Assembly: GCA_964016885.1 (NCBI GenBank)
Contig: OZ024741.1
Coordinates: 55,676,001 to 55,740,000 of the forward strand
Direction of reading: 5' to 3'
DNA from: Eledone cirrhosa
Taxonomy: Eukaryota
Length of the DNA: 64,000 bases
Below, one piece after another: positions 43,521 to 56,600 of the stretch. Each line of letters starts with the position of its first letter. Within the stretch, counting starts at the first letter, position 1. The notes under the pieces were generated by a model. That model saw only the letters and a list, made by a program, of their open reading frames with translations, searched no databases and was not told the DNA's origin. The position numbers were made by a program, and so were the translations under genes.

Positions 43521-44373
43521 TAGAAATATTTATCCCTAGTTTTATTCCTCACCACATAACGTACCACCATTATACCTTCACTTTCCTGTTGTTTATCCTA
43601 ATTTTGCCAACTTAGATTTTCCCTTTGTTGATGCTAACTTGTTTCACTCTATCTTACCTACTTTCTGTTGAATATTACGGAGTATATTATACATTTCTTT
43701 TGCCGAAATCTTCAAACATTTCATATTTCTTTCCTTCTATTTTTCTGATGTAGAACCAAAAATCAAATGATTAAAAAATATTTCTATTTCTCTGAATGTC
43801 AAACTAATAACAATAGCTTTTATCTTACCTCGTCTTCGTAACATTATTTTGGTGGTATTAATTTTATACATGTGTGTGTGCGTTTATATATACATAGACA
43901 TGTTTCAAGTCGCTGGCTGGACTAAAAAGTCACACTTGTTCAGCGCATCGGTAGGGGTTCTCCTACATGGATATAAAGTAGTGGCTGTACTCGAAAACAA
44001 GTTGGCAGCCACCATATATGAATGTATGTATATATGTACGTATGTGTGTACATATGTGTATATTTGCAAAAATGGCGAACTGAACACACGTGTTTTTCTC
44101 CATTTCTTTTTAATTTTTCTGCTTTTTATTCTTCTCACTTTCTATCTTTCTATTTCTTCTTTTATTTCTCATTCTATTTTCTGCTGAAGGACTAGCGTCC
44201 GAAACGTTGAAATATTTTTCCTAACATATCAAACGTTAAACTAATATATATTTTTATTTCACTGTATAGTTTTGCTGTGTTGTATGCATATATATATATA
44301 TATATATATATAGGGAAATGTTCAGGACCTCGACGGCAGTGCTCAAGTCGTTTCGACGGCTATTTCTGGACTA

Positions 44374-44444
<71 letters not shown>

Positions 44445-44496
44445 GGGTAGAACACTGGAAGGTAATATCCGTAGTGGTAGAGCACGCAATCCATGG

Positions 44497-44546
<50 letters not shown>

Positions 44547-45146
44547 GCTTACGGGGTCGAAAAAATAAAGTACCAGTAATGCTCTGGGATAATTGCTGTC
44601 CTTGTGCCAAAAGTAGAAACAATTATATATGTTACCGATATATATATATATATGACGTGTTGCCGATTCTTCGGACAGATAGTCTGGATGAAAACAAAGA
44701 GAAGTAGTATCCGAGGATGAATCTATAGAGATCAGGAAAGCTGAATGTAGTAGAAAGACTACAGAAAATATAACCTCTTCACTCTCACACTTTACCCCAC
44801 GTTATATTCTCTATATTCTCTACACTACCTTCTGTTGGTTTCCCCATGCCAATCGTCTGCATCACTTCATTTCCGTGTATCCAACGCTGAATATCATCTC
44901 TCCTCGTTTTTGTCCAATCTCTTTTATTTGTCAGACAAATTTGCCTCGTTTCAAGGAAACTTCACAATAACAGGCTATGGAATACTCACAATAAATAATA
45001 GCGGATATATATATATATAGACTCTCTTCCTGCTATTTCAAGCTTATACTAATATATTTCTTCCATGTACTGTGCTGTTTGTTTTATTATTTTGTTATTT
45101 ATGTTTACCTTTTACACATACCCACACATACATATATATATATCTC

Positions 45147-45439
<293 letters not shown>

Positions 45440-45830
45440 AATTTATCTCTGTAACTTACATAGAGCACTCTTCACTCCTATGACTTTTTTTCAATTTTCA
45501 ACGGAAACTTCAATACTTATATATATATACATATATAGCGATATATATATATGTAGCGATCTCTAGACCTACCAGTTCAGAGAAACAATTGTCAGCAATG
45601 TGAATAAAACCCTTATTGTATAGCAAACCATGTCACTCTTTTCTTGATTTATTATTACTCCAAGTGTAAACTACATAGAAATCACAGCGTATTCGCAGCA
45701 TCACTATGGAAACGTCTTGTTGAGTCAAACTTAGCCAAGCGTTAGTACTATCCACTACTAGTCCTAACTGGACTACATCTAAGTGGACTACCTATAACAA
45801 TTTGTTATATATATATATATATATATATAT

Positions 45831-46755
45831 AAAGGCAGAACACTGGAAGGTAATATCCGTAGTGGTAGAGTACTCAGTCCATGGGACGAGGTTGGTAGAA
45901 GTAGTAACACAACAATTAGTTCACCATACCGAGAACAATTGTTTCACCTTATGCGGATCTTCAGCTCGGACTGGTAATGGTTATACGGAACAGGAAGAAC
46001 AACCGTATGAACGCGCATGCGTAGAAACGGTCACTTCACCCAAGCGATACAAAACCACGGGCGAAAGGTGTAAGGGAGATAACCGCGAATGTCCGGAATA
46101 AAATCTTCGAGTTGATTAGAAAATTAGAATGTTGTTGTTATTCAATCCGGAGCTTTGTAGCTATGCAAGAGTGTTTCCAGACATGTGGAAGATTTCATTC
46201 TTGAGTTTAGGCAATCGCTATTGCGTAATCTCCTTAGAATATTATCCACAAGACGGATTTCCCCTTGCGTATGGCTTGGACTTAGTGATAGCTTTCCATT
46301 AAATGGAGTAGTCTATACCTGAGTCTTTGAGGGACCATACGTGGCTCGTGAGCTTCGTGGATGATCGTTTGTCTGGGTACCTAAAGGTCGACTGATGGTT
46401 CAGGAAGCGTTCCTTAGATCGGCTCTCTGGCATACCCACATAGGATTTGACTTCCTGTGGTTCATTTGGTCGGTTGGAAGTGACCACAGCTTCATAAACT
46501 ACAGCGGGTGTGTTGCATTGCTGTTGAAGGGGACAAGCTTCAGTCTTTCGGCAAGAGCATCCTGGTGGGGTGCGCAATAGCGATTGCCTAAATTCAAGAG
46601 ATGAAATCTTCTCACGTTGTCCACATGTCTGGAAACACCTCTTGATTAACATTCTAATTTTCTAATCAACTCGAAGAATTTATTCCGGACATTCGTGGTT
46701 ATCTCCCTTGCACCTTTCGCCCGTGGTTTTGTATCGCTTGGGTGAAGTAACCGTT
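45831..46755 (-). mobile_element. Penelope-like element 3' fragment (GIY-YIG endonuclease remnant) with inverted terminal duplication
   Basis: Minus-strand CSCRKTEACPLQQQC..VVYEAVV...YVGMPE..KERFLNH...LTSHVWSLK is a GIY-YIG domain. 46028-46227 is an imperfect inverted copy of 46573-46755. Hammerhead motif in the 3' region. Confidence 0.85.
45923..45975 (-). ncRNA. Minimal type-I hammerhead ribozyme
   Basis: ACCAGUCCGAG-CUGAAGA-UCCGCAUAAGGU-GAAAC-AAUU-GUU^CUCGGUAUGGU: intact core, stem I CCGAG/CUCGG, palindromic stem III, located 3' of the PLE ORF on the same strand. Confidence 0.8.
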
Positions 46756-46885
46756 ATAGAACACCTCCTTCGATTGCAGTGGGAAAAATGTTTTTTCTTC
46801 GTTTTTTTTTTGGGGGGGGGTGTACAAGAGCTATCAACTAATCTGACCTCCAAGATACTTGCAGTCGACTGTTTTTTATTCCAGA

Positions 46886-46960
46886 TTAGGGTTAGGTTTA
46901 GTATTAAGGTTAGGATTAGGGTTGGTGTTGTGGTTAGGTTTAAGGTTTCAGTGAGGGTTT
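46886..46960 (+). repeat. Degenerate interstitial telomere-like (TTAGGG) tract
   Basis: TTAGGGTTAGGTTTAGTATTAAGGTTAGGATTAGGGTT... Confidence 0.7.
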
Positions 46961-47012
46961 CTGTTTCCAAGGGGTGGGGAATCGATTGCAAGCATGGGTC
47001 TATAAATTTACC

Positions 47013-47202
47013 AGGTGCGATCTGTTTGTTGGTCGAACCTAACTCTGGATTCGCAAGTTCCTCAGATGCGTCAAGTGATTTCGAAGCAAATCCTCTTTCA
47101 GCAAATCCTCTTACAGAAAAAGGATTTGCTTCGAAATCACTTGACGTATCTGAGGAACTTGCAAATCCAGAGTCAGGTTCGATCCACAAACAGATCGCAC
47201 CT
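47013..47202. repeat. Hairpin/inverted repeat, ~85-bp arms
   Basis: AGGTGCGATCTGTTTGT...GAAGCAAATCCT / AGGATTTGCTTC...ACAAACAGATCGCACCT with few mismatches. Confidence 0.9.
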
Positions 47203-47276
47203 CGAGCTGTTCGCCGTAGAAACAATAATATACGTAATAAATTGTGTTCCGATGCATCACTGATTCTTCGTTTTCC

Positions 47277-47543
<267 letters not shown>

Positions 47544-47623
47544 ATATTAAAATTGATGTTTACATTCTACTAATGTATTGAATACCTTACTTATTGGGGT
47601 TACCCCAGATTGAAACTGGGAAT

Positions 47624-47658
<35 letters not shown>

Positions 47659-47814
47659 ATGTTTGTTTTCATAATATTTAAATATTTTTCAATTACAATA
47701 CTGTTTTAAATTTTATTTTAAATTCATTTTTTCTTTCTCTTCATCTATTTCTTCTTCATTCAATACTCATTATCCATACAGTCCTTCTACAAACGAAGGG
47801 ATCGCAGGATCTAC

Positions 47815-48142
47815 CTGAACCATTGGCATGCCACACCCAACAGGCCAACCCGTTTACAGTTATCTGCCTTCACAGTTTCGAAAGTGCAGTGGTCCAGCGT
47901 CTGCTCTTTGCCCTGGCAATTGGTCATAGATATAGAACTGTTCGGCGGGAGCCAATTGGGTACAATTAGTGGTGCGCCGGATGCGAACCCTAACTGCTGA
48001 CATACCAGGGTGGCCACGGGGATACTGTTGCTCTCAACATAACAGACATGCTGCCAGTTCGAACCTAGCTTCACAGATACAATACCTGCTGTGGAATTTC
48101 TTTTGGTTTCCTTTTTCGTCAGTTTCACTCTCGTCTCTGTAC
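47815..48142 (-). CDS. Probable host exon encoding one scavenger receptor cysteine-rich (SRCR) domain
   Basis: RVKL...AGIVSVKLGSNWQHVC...ATLVCQQLGF...MTNCQGKEQTLDHC...NC...LGVAC matches SRCR group A cysteine spacing; acceptor TTTGCAG|G (phase 1) at 48142; candidate donor AG|GTAGAT at 47815, otherwise TAG at 47811-47813. Confidence 0.85.
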
Positions 48143-48169
48143 CTGCAAAGATATATATCATATGTTACT

Positions 48170-48261
<92 letters not shown>

Positions 48262-48288
48262 CGATGATGATGATGATGATGATGATGA
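48170..48288. repeat. (GTA)n(GAT)n microsatellite
   Basis: Direct reading; lies just upstream of the SRCR splice acceptor. Confidence 0.95.
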
Positions 48289-48378
48289 CCCAATTAAGTT
48301 AAACACCTGGTAATCTACGACGAATTTTTTTATAAGCGCAAAATGTAGACACCATCCCGAGGCCGAGGTATGTTTAGA

Positions 48379-48410
48379 ATCCCGAGCAACGCCGGGCCAT
48401 TCTGCTAGTA
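48379..48410 (-). mobile_element. Helentron/HINE-like terminus
   Basis: Minus strand TACTAGCAGAATGGCCCGGCGTTGCTCGGG: ACTAG followed by a GC-rich stem-loop; a similar terminus is at 62251. Confidence 0.5.
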
Positions 48411-48519
48411 CATACATATATTTATATATCCGAAACAAATTCGATGAAGCGTCTAACTTCCTAAAGGAAAATTGAATTCCGCTCATCATTTCTAAACACA
48501 CATTCATATATATATACAT

Positions 48520-48690
<171 letters not shown>

Positions 48691-49290
48691 TATTTTTAGC
48701 TACTGTTTTGGGCCTTGGTACCTCGGATATTTGTCAATTAAACAATAATCTTTCCTTTTCCCACTTCTTGTACTCCATTGAGAATTTTATAACATCAAAT
48801 GTTTTAAAATGTTCAATGGAGATGCTTAAATTGGGAGGAAAGGAAACTACTATAAGTTTCGACAAACGAGGTGAGGGAGTGTGAGGGCAAGTTGAGGGTA
48901 ATGAGTATTATTAACTCTTCCTGTTCTCCCTCTGCTCCCTTTCCCCTTTACCTCTCCCTCCCCTCACTTTCCTTCCCTGTACTATTCTTAATGTTGGTGC
49001 ACGTGTTAGTGTTGTTGTTGTGGTGGTTGAGGGTAGTTGAAGTGTTGAAGTTATGCTGTATGGGTGTATCGTCCTCCACCCTTGCGGATGTGGTATGTGT
49101 GTGTGTGTGTGTGTGTGCCCGCGCGTTCGCACTTCTGCTGTTAGTCTTGGTAGATTGGGGGGTGGGTTGCATCCTGAGACCGGTGGTGTTGGTGTGTTTG
49201 TGTGTATACAAAAAGGGGTTGGTTAAAGGCGGAAGGGGGTGTTGTATGTGCTTACTAGGGAGTGTTGTGATAACATTATATGCATGTGCG

Positions 49291-49478
49291 TGGATTGGCA
49301 GTACCGGTAGAGGGTCGGATGCCATGCTTTGACGCATAGAGTTACGGCCCTTTATGGTCTGAGTTCAAATCCTGTCGTGGTGAACTTTGCCTTTCATCCT
49401 TACGGGGTCGATAAAATAAAGCACCAATAATACAATGGGATAATTGCTGGCCTTGTGCCAAAAATAGAAACAATTATA
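49291..49478 (+). mobile_element. tRNA-derived SINE
   Basis: A box TGGCAGTACCGG, B box GAGTTCAAATCC, body CTTTGCCTTTCATCCTTACGGGGTCGATAAAATAAAG, tail GTGCCAAAAATAGAAACAATTA. Confidence 0.85.
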
Positions 49479-49559
49479 TGCATGTGCGTCCTGTTCAAGT
49501 GTGGTGCATACCTGCATGATTGTCTTGGTAGTAATGTAGCTGTGAAAACATTCTGCCTA

Positions 49560-50100
49560 TGGCTGCGTGCGCAATAAAGCTGTGTTGGTGTCGGTAGAAT
49601 CTTGTTTCAAATTCGCAGTCATGTAGCCTATGTAGGCATTGTTTGAGAACGCCGTAGATATTATGTTAGTCTCTTCATAGGATGATGTGAGGATCAGTAT
49701 ATCATCTGTGTATCGGATGAAGAAGATACGGGAGTGCAAATGTTGAGCGCTCGACGTTCCAGCTGGTTCATATAGATGATATCTAGTAGGCCTGAAAGAC
49801 TGGATCCCATGGGTAGGCTTGCTGTTAGTTTGTATGCATGGTATTGGAAAGTGAAGTGTATTTTCTACGATGACGGATAATTGATGTATGTCTGATGGGG
49901 GGGGAAGCCGAAGCAATATATGTTGTATGAAATGAAATAGTCAGTCATTAAGTTGTCCGCTGGGTGAGCGGGTACTGTCATGTAGAGGGAGACAACATCG
50001 AGGCTCTTGGCATATCTATTGAGTTTAAGTTGGCTACGTTGTAGTTGGTTTAGTTTTTGTATGACTTCATCAGAACTGCTGACATGTCCGGGAAAAGTAG
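49560..50100 (-). pseudogene. Penelope-like reverse transcriptase fragment (inverted relative to the rest of the element)
   Basis: Minus-strand motifs SLDVVSLYMTVP and FFIRYTDDILIL, frameshifted. Confidence 0.8.
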
Positions 50101-50104
50101 AAAA

Positions 50105-51140
50105 CATATAGATGATATACTTATCCTCACATCATCCCGTGAAGAAGCCAACATAATATCCACGACGTCCTCAAACATAGATAGAATACTTCCAGCTTAA
50201 AATAACGGAAGAAGGCGATATATACACCAACTTCTAGAGGAAAATCGCCAGCAGAGACTTGTTTGTACATTATAGGTCGGCCCTGCCCCTTGGTGCTAAA
50301 ACTGTTTACATAAGAAATGAACTTACACGTATCCAAAGTAAATGCAGCAACACAGAGGACCAGATCACTCACACTGCACATTTCATGGGTGTACTAAAGA
50401 CAAACGGATACCCAACTTTCTCCGTGAATGGTCTTAGAAATCGATGGTGCTGTAGGCATAAGATCTCCTCCAACACCTACTTCATGAAATCATCACACTT
50501 CAGCGAAACATAACCACAGCAATCCGTAGAGCCGGCCACAAGGAAGGTCTGGACACACAATTAACTCACTCCAGCCCTTTACTGAGAGGACACCTACCTA
50601 AAAGGCGATCCAGTGACATCAACCAATGCACGCTGACTAACTGTGGCACAGGTATGTGCCAGCGGACACATACGGTGTACCGCATTGAATACGACAAATG
50701 CAAGGAGTTCTACATTAGTGGTACGACTCGACCACTCTACACTCGCATTAAAGAGCAGCTCAACACACACGCATCCTCATTCATAAAACACATTGACAAA
50801 TGCAAAAACATAACAATCAATATTGAAGACAGAGGGAAATATGGGCAACTTGCGAATAAAGGAAGCATTGCTTATACGTATGCTCAGTCACAGATCAACA
50901 ACAAGTTGAAAATCAGCACACAATACTTGACAAAAGGGGTCACATTCATACGCACACACACGCGCGCAGGCTAAACAACGGAAGAAATTTGCTTCAATTT
51001 GATTCAATATAGAGCAATTGACGTCACCCTCCTGCTTCTTACGGATACTACAACAAACGCCAAAGAGACAAGACGGAAACGTTTTGTTGTGAGAGTTCCT
51101 CGCCCACTGAGGAAAGGATTTTAAGTCCTGAAATATTAGA
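50105..51140 (+). mobile_element. Penelope-like element 3' half (RT C-terminus, linker, GIY-YIG, 3' region)
   Basis: IDDILILTSS at ~50108, FVHYRSALP...LKTNGYP, then TVYRIEYDKCKEFYISGTTRPLYTRIKE (GIY-YIG); degenerate hammerhead core at 51107-51138. Confidence 0.8.
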
Positions 51141-51169
51141 ACGAAAATAAAAATAATAATAATAATAAT

Positions 51170-51550
51170 AATGGCTTCTACTCTTGGCACAAGGCCAGCA
51201 ATTTGAAAGGGAGGGGAAGTCGATTAAATAGTCACCAGTGCATGACTGGTACTTTATTGTATCGACCCCGTAAGGTAACGCTCTAGCCTCGATAGAATTT
51301 GAACTCAGAACGCATGATGCCTGACGCTCTAGCGATACTGGCAATCTATTGTATTAATAATTGTTTCTACTATTAGCACAAGGCCAGAAATTACCCAGTA
51401 CATTACTGGTACTTTATTTTATCGACCCCGTAAGGATGAAAGGCAAAGTTGACCTCGGCGGGATTTGAACTCAGAATGGCAAGGGCCGTAACTCTATGCG
51501 TCAAAGCATGGCGTCCGACCCTCTACCGATACTGCCAATCCACCGCCCTC
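51170..51550 (-). mobile_element. Two tandem tRNA-derived SINE copies
   Basis: Minus-strand copies of the 49291-49478 family; 51365-51541 is highly similar to it, 51170-51345 is more diverged. Confidence 0.85.
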
Positions 51551-51629
51551 ATCTATTGTATTAATAATAATACTAATAATGAATACCAGGCAACATAAAC
51601 TTTTTCGTTTCCTTCATCTAAACTAAATT

Positions 51630-51907
<278 letters not shown>

Positions 51908-51919
51908 TTCGGTCACGAA

Positions 51920-52195
51920 TGAGCATGGAGTTTGCACCTAGAAAGTTCCTCTCCAAGGCACAAGTCCGGGCAAGGTTGTTTGTGGAAGACCAGCAGTCGC
52001 CCATGCATACCAGTCTCCCCTCTCCACGCCACCGATCTTGTGCAAGTGATGTCACAACTCATTTCTACAGCTGAATGAACTGGAGCAACGTGATTTACAG
52101 TGTCTGGCTCAAGAACACAACGCAAAGCCCGATCCAAGAATCGAACTCACACCCTCACAATTGTAAGCTCGACGCTCTAACCACTAAGCCATGCA
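51920..52195 (-). mobile_element. tRNA-derived SINE (second family)
   Basis: Minus strand TGGCTTAGTGG A box, GAGTTCGATTC B box, then TTGTGTTCTTGAGCCAGACACT...GCTCCAGTTCATTCAGCTG core. Confidence 0.8.
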
Positions 52196-52268
52196 CTTTC
52201 ACACACACATACATATATACATATATATATATATATGTGTGTATATGTGTGTGTTGTGTGTGTGTGTG

Positions 52269-52365
<97 letters not shown>

Positions 52366-52519
52366 ATGTGTGTGTGGTTACCCCCGATTGAACCCGGGAT
52401 TAACTTATATATATATATACAATATATTAACAAATGGAAACTATATTTATAAAACCATATTTATTTTATTATACATGTTTCAAGGCCACCAAGGCAGATT
52501 ATGGTGCGCTTTCACCAGA

Positions 52520-52729
52520 TAAGTTTCTTCTACCATGATCCCCGCCAGAAATGAATTCAAAATGGCTAAGAACTATCACGTGGCTAGCGGTCAAGGCAGA
52601 AAGTTTGTGATTGGTGCCTGTCGGCGAGTAGGCTGGTTGCTAGAAAGCGCAGCCGAATACTGCTTAAAGTTTTACTCAACCTTACGGGAGAGGAAATACT
52701 GTATATATTTTATATAATGGTTCTTTGGA

Positions 52730-52787
<58 letters not shown>

Positions 52788-55143
52788 GTAGAGGTTATAT
52801 TTAATTTGTTGGGATACAACAAGCTAAAATATTTTTATAACTGATATAAAGCACTCAACAAATTATTGGAGTAAGTATACAATATATTAACAAATGGAAA
52901 CTATATTTATATTTATAAAACCATATTTATTTTATTATACATATTTCAAGGGCCACCAAGGCAGATTATGGTGCGCTTTCATCAGATAAAATATAATACA
53001 GATTAGTTTTATAAATAAATATTGACATACCCTGAAAAAATGCAACCTTACCGGTTGGAGCTTCCTGGATAGTGGAGATATTAGATTTATTGTTGATTTA
53101 TTATGCAAATTAGTGTCGGAAAGGTTTAAATAACAGTATATTTAAATTAAACCGTTGGAAGAGGGAAAAAAGAAAGAGAAAGAGAAAAGGAATAGTTTAT
53201 ATATATGTTTTGCCAGTGACTATATTTAAGTGAGAGAGAATATTAGTTATAAGGACAATAATAGCGTAATTTTGTTTACGTGAGAGGAGAGAAGAAGCGA
53301 AGAAACGAATATAGTGTGGATGAATAATAGTAGGATTCATTATAATGATAGGTTGAAAAACTTTATCCAAGATTTAATTAATAAATTTGATTAAATGTTT
53401 AATTAATAATTTAATAGTTTAATCATTATTTTAAATGTGTATGTTAGATTATTAAAAAAATTAAAAAATTAAAAACTATTATATATTATTAAGAAATATA
53501 TTATTATTATAAAAACATATATATTATTATTATAATAAAATATATATTATCATTAATTATTTAAAAAATTGTAGGTTAAAAGTATCCAAATAATTCTAAA
53601 CCCATGGAAATTCCGAGAGTTTACAGAAGAATAACCCCTTATTTGTATTATAATAGCTGTACAGCGTAAAGGAAATTACTAGTGATTTATTAATAACTCT
53701 AATGATTAAATGCTACAAGGTTAAGAAGTTAAAAAGTTAAATTTTCTATCATAAGAATGTAATTAGAATATGAATCTTATGTTATTTTATACTAAGTCAT
53801 AAATTTATAAAATCATAAATTTACCTGTTATAAAGTTATAACAGTTAAAACATAAATTTACTTGCCATAACGTCACAACATATAGAAATTATAACATTTA
53901 AAATTTTAATAGGAATATATTTAAAGCATAAAGCACAAAAAAAACTCTTTCATAAGAATATATTTATAAAATATATTTAAAGTATAAATTTTAGGTTATA
54001 CCACATATACATAAAAAATCACTATGTTTATCATATATATATAAACATTTGGATATATATTAAGCGTTTGAAAAATATAAGAATATAGAAATATAAAATA
54101 CACAATATAAAATATGAATTATAATTTTAAAGAATATAAGAATATAGAAATATAAAATACACAATATAAAATATGAATTATAATTTTAAAGAATATAAGA
54201 ATATAGAAATATAAAATACACAATATAAAATATGAATTATAATTTTCCTATACCCGTCAGGGGAATTTTCAAAAAATCCTTCAGTACGTTTATCAAGAAA
54301 AATTTTTCAAGAAAAAATTTTATTTTTATTAAGAGTGTTACAAGCAATCATATAAAAGGAATCTAATGCTTTATCAATAGGTGTAATAATAATAGAGGAT
54401 ATTATGTAATTATGTAAAAGAGATGAGTTATGTATTACATTTTATAAATATATTTAAACGTTGAATTCAACCGTTGTTTACAAGAACTGAATAAATTATT
54501 CCTTAAATTAACAGAATTTTTACTTTTTAATATAAAGAATATTTCCTCTATACAAAGAGCACAATTTTCAGATGAAGCATTGAATGAAGGAGTTTTGGAG
54601 ATAATATTATTCATCCACACTATATTCGTTTCTTCGCTTCTTCTCTCCTCTCACGTAAACAAAATTACGCTATTATTGTCCTTATAACTAATATTCTCTC
54701 TCACTTAAATATAGTCACTGGCAAAACATATATATAAACTATTCCTTTTCTCTTTCTCTTTCTTTTTTCCCTCTTCCAACGGTTTAATTTAAATATACTG
54801 TTATTTAAACCTTTCCGACACTAATTTGCATAATAAATCAACAATAAATCTAATATCTCCACTATCCAGGAAGCTCCAACCGGTAAGGTTGCATTTTTTC
54901 AGGGTATGTCAATATTTATTTATAAAACTAATCTGTATTATATTTTATCTGATGAAAGCGCACCATAATCTGCCTTGGTGGCCCTTGAAATATGTATAAT
55001 AAAATAAATATGGTTTTATAAATATAAATATAGTTTCCATTTGTTAATATATTGTATACTTACTCCAATAATTTGTTGAGTGCTTTATATCAGTTATAAA
55101 AATATTTTAGCTTGTTGTATCCCAACAAATTAAATATAACCTC

Positions 55144-55183
<40 letters not shown>

Positions 55184-55393
55184 TCCAAAGAACCATTATA
55201 TAAAATATATACAGTATTTCCTCTCCCGTAAGGTTGAGTAAAACTTTAAGCAGTATTCGGCTGCGCTTTCTAGCAACCAGCCTACTCGCCGACAGGCACC
55301 AATCACAAACTTTCTGCCTTGACCGCTAGCCACGTGATAGTTCTTAGCCATTTTGAATTCATTTCTGGCGGGGATCATGGTAGAAGAAACTTA
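52520..55393. repeat. Large inverted duplication: ~0.8-kb arms (52520-53329 / 54605-55393) around an AT-rich ~1.27-kb spacer with a PLE remnant
   Basis: Identical 60-aa ORF on opposite strands (52535+ / 55378-). Arms match by eye apart from (TA)n length. Spacer has minus-strand NCALCIEEIFFILK...NLRNNLFSSCKQR, resembling a PLE endonuclease C-terminus. Confidence 0.92.
54074..54246. repeat. 59-bp tandem triplication
   Basis: AATATAAGAATATAGAAATATAAAATACACAATATAAAATATGAATTATAATTTTAAAG x ~3. Confidence 0.9.
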
Positions 55394-55933
55394 GTCCAGT
55401 CTGAGGTATCTCCTGAAGAGTTCCGGGCCTGGTGGATGTATCCAAGATCGGGTATATCCAAAAAGTGAAACCAAATCGCCGGTGGTCGACACTAGGAGAA
55501 TTTTGGTAAAATTTATGTGCATTTTTTCTTCAAAGTTTTATTTTGTACCTAATTCCGTGTAGTTAACTATTTGTCTAGTCAATTTCTACAGGCTAAAAGA
55601 AATAATTAGATAAGTGTCATATGGTTGTACATCGCAGAAAATAATCTGTATCATTTGTCTATTATTTCTTCATAAGTACATTTTAAACTTATAGCCTCGT
55701 TTAAATGATTTTTTATGTGATTGATTTATACTGATTGGGAGAGGAAATACTGTATATATTTTATCTAATGGTTCTTTGGACTTACATTTTTATATATTGC
55801 TCTGATTAATGATTATTTGCTTAATTAATTCTTCATTGAGCCACACCGTGAAAGGTTGCCAAACTCATATATGTAGCTGTGACTATGTCTAACTATATAA
55901 ATATACCCCTTTTGAATTTTATATATATATATA

Positions 55934-56405
55934 TATATAATGTATTTTGCAATACACTTTATGCTTAATTAAAAGCATTTTGAAGACCGTAAGCTATTGT
56001 TTTAAAGTAGTGACAAATTCACTTACTTTGATCTCAGCAAACAGGGGAGATAAGCCGACAAGTCTTGTTTCGCTTTGGTTGAAGCTTATCAAGGCCAACT
56101 ACCCTCCTGTCTACCGAGATCACTGATGTTATATTCTTATAGAAATCTAGTAAATAATCAGGAGCTGATTATGCAGAGCGGTTGTTGGTCAGGCAGAAAT
56201 TAAAAATTAGAATTGGAGCTCTGAAATAGCAATATATATATGGATGTATATATAATGTATTTTGCAATACACTTTATGCTTAATTAAAAGCATTTTGAAG
56301 ACCGTAAGCTATTGTTTTAAAGTAGTGACAAATTCACTTACTTTGATCTCTGCTTTGATCTCTGCTATTTCAGAGCTCCAATTCTAATTTTTAATTTCTG
56401 CCTGA

Positions 56406-56409
<4 letters not shown>
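55934..56409. mobile_element. PLE-type terminal-repeat fragment with direct and inverted duplications
   Basis: 55934-56036 is repeated directly at ~56249-56350; 56186-56231 is inverted at 56363-56409; contains a hammerhead-like motif; bounded by (TA)n. Confidence 0.65.
56029..56122 (-). ncRNA. Type-I hammerhead-like motif with two core substitutions
   Basis: GGCC-UUGAUAA-GCUUCAACCAAAGC-GAAAC-AAGACUU-GUC^GGCU with a long extended stem I (GAUCUCGG..ACAGG / CCUGU..CUGAGAUC); UUGAUAA replaces CUGANGA. Confidence 0.6.
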
Positions 56410-56463
<54 letters not shown>

Positions 56464-56600
56464 TTGTAATAGAATGAAACGAAATTTCATTTCTCACTCT
56501 TAGTACGGCACTTACTTAGTATAAATTAGGCTGCTCAGCCGTTAATTTTCATAAGGAAAGTATATACTTTCGAACGTTCAACCATCTGGCAGAAGGGTAT

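Noticed and set aside
44184-44208. Hammerhead-like CUGAAG-GAC-UAGC-GUCC-GAAACGUU
   Set aside because: Core lacks A9 and has no convincing stem I; at best a decayed motif
45582-45593. GAAAC-AAUU-GUC, the 3' half of a hammerhead
   Set aside because: No upstream CUGANGA or stem I visible
52120-52195. Possible tRNA gene (A and B boxes)
   Set aside because: Continues directly into a SINE body and has degenerate stems; it is a SINE head, not a tRNA
52535-55378. Duplicated 60-aa ORF MIPARNEFK...
   Set aside because: No recognisable domain; identity is explained by the inverted duplication
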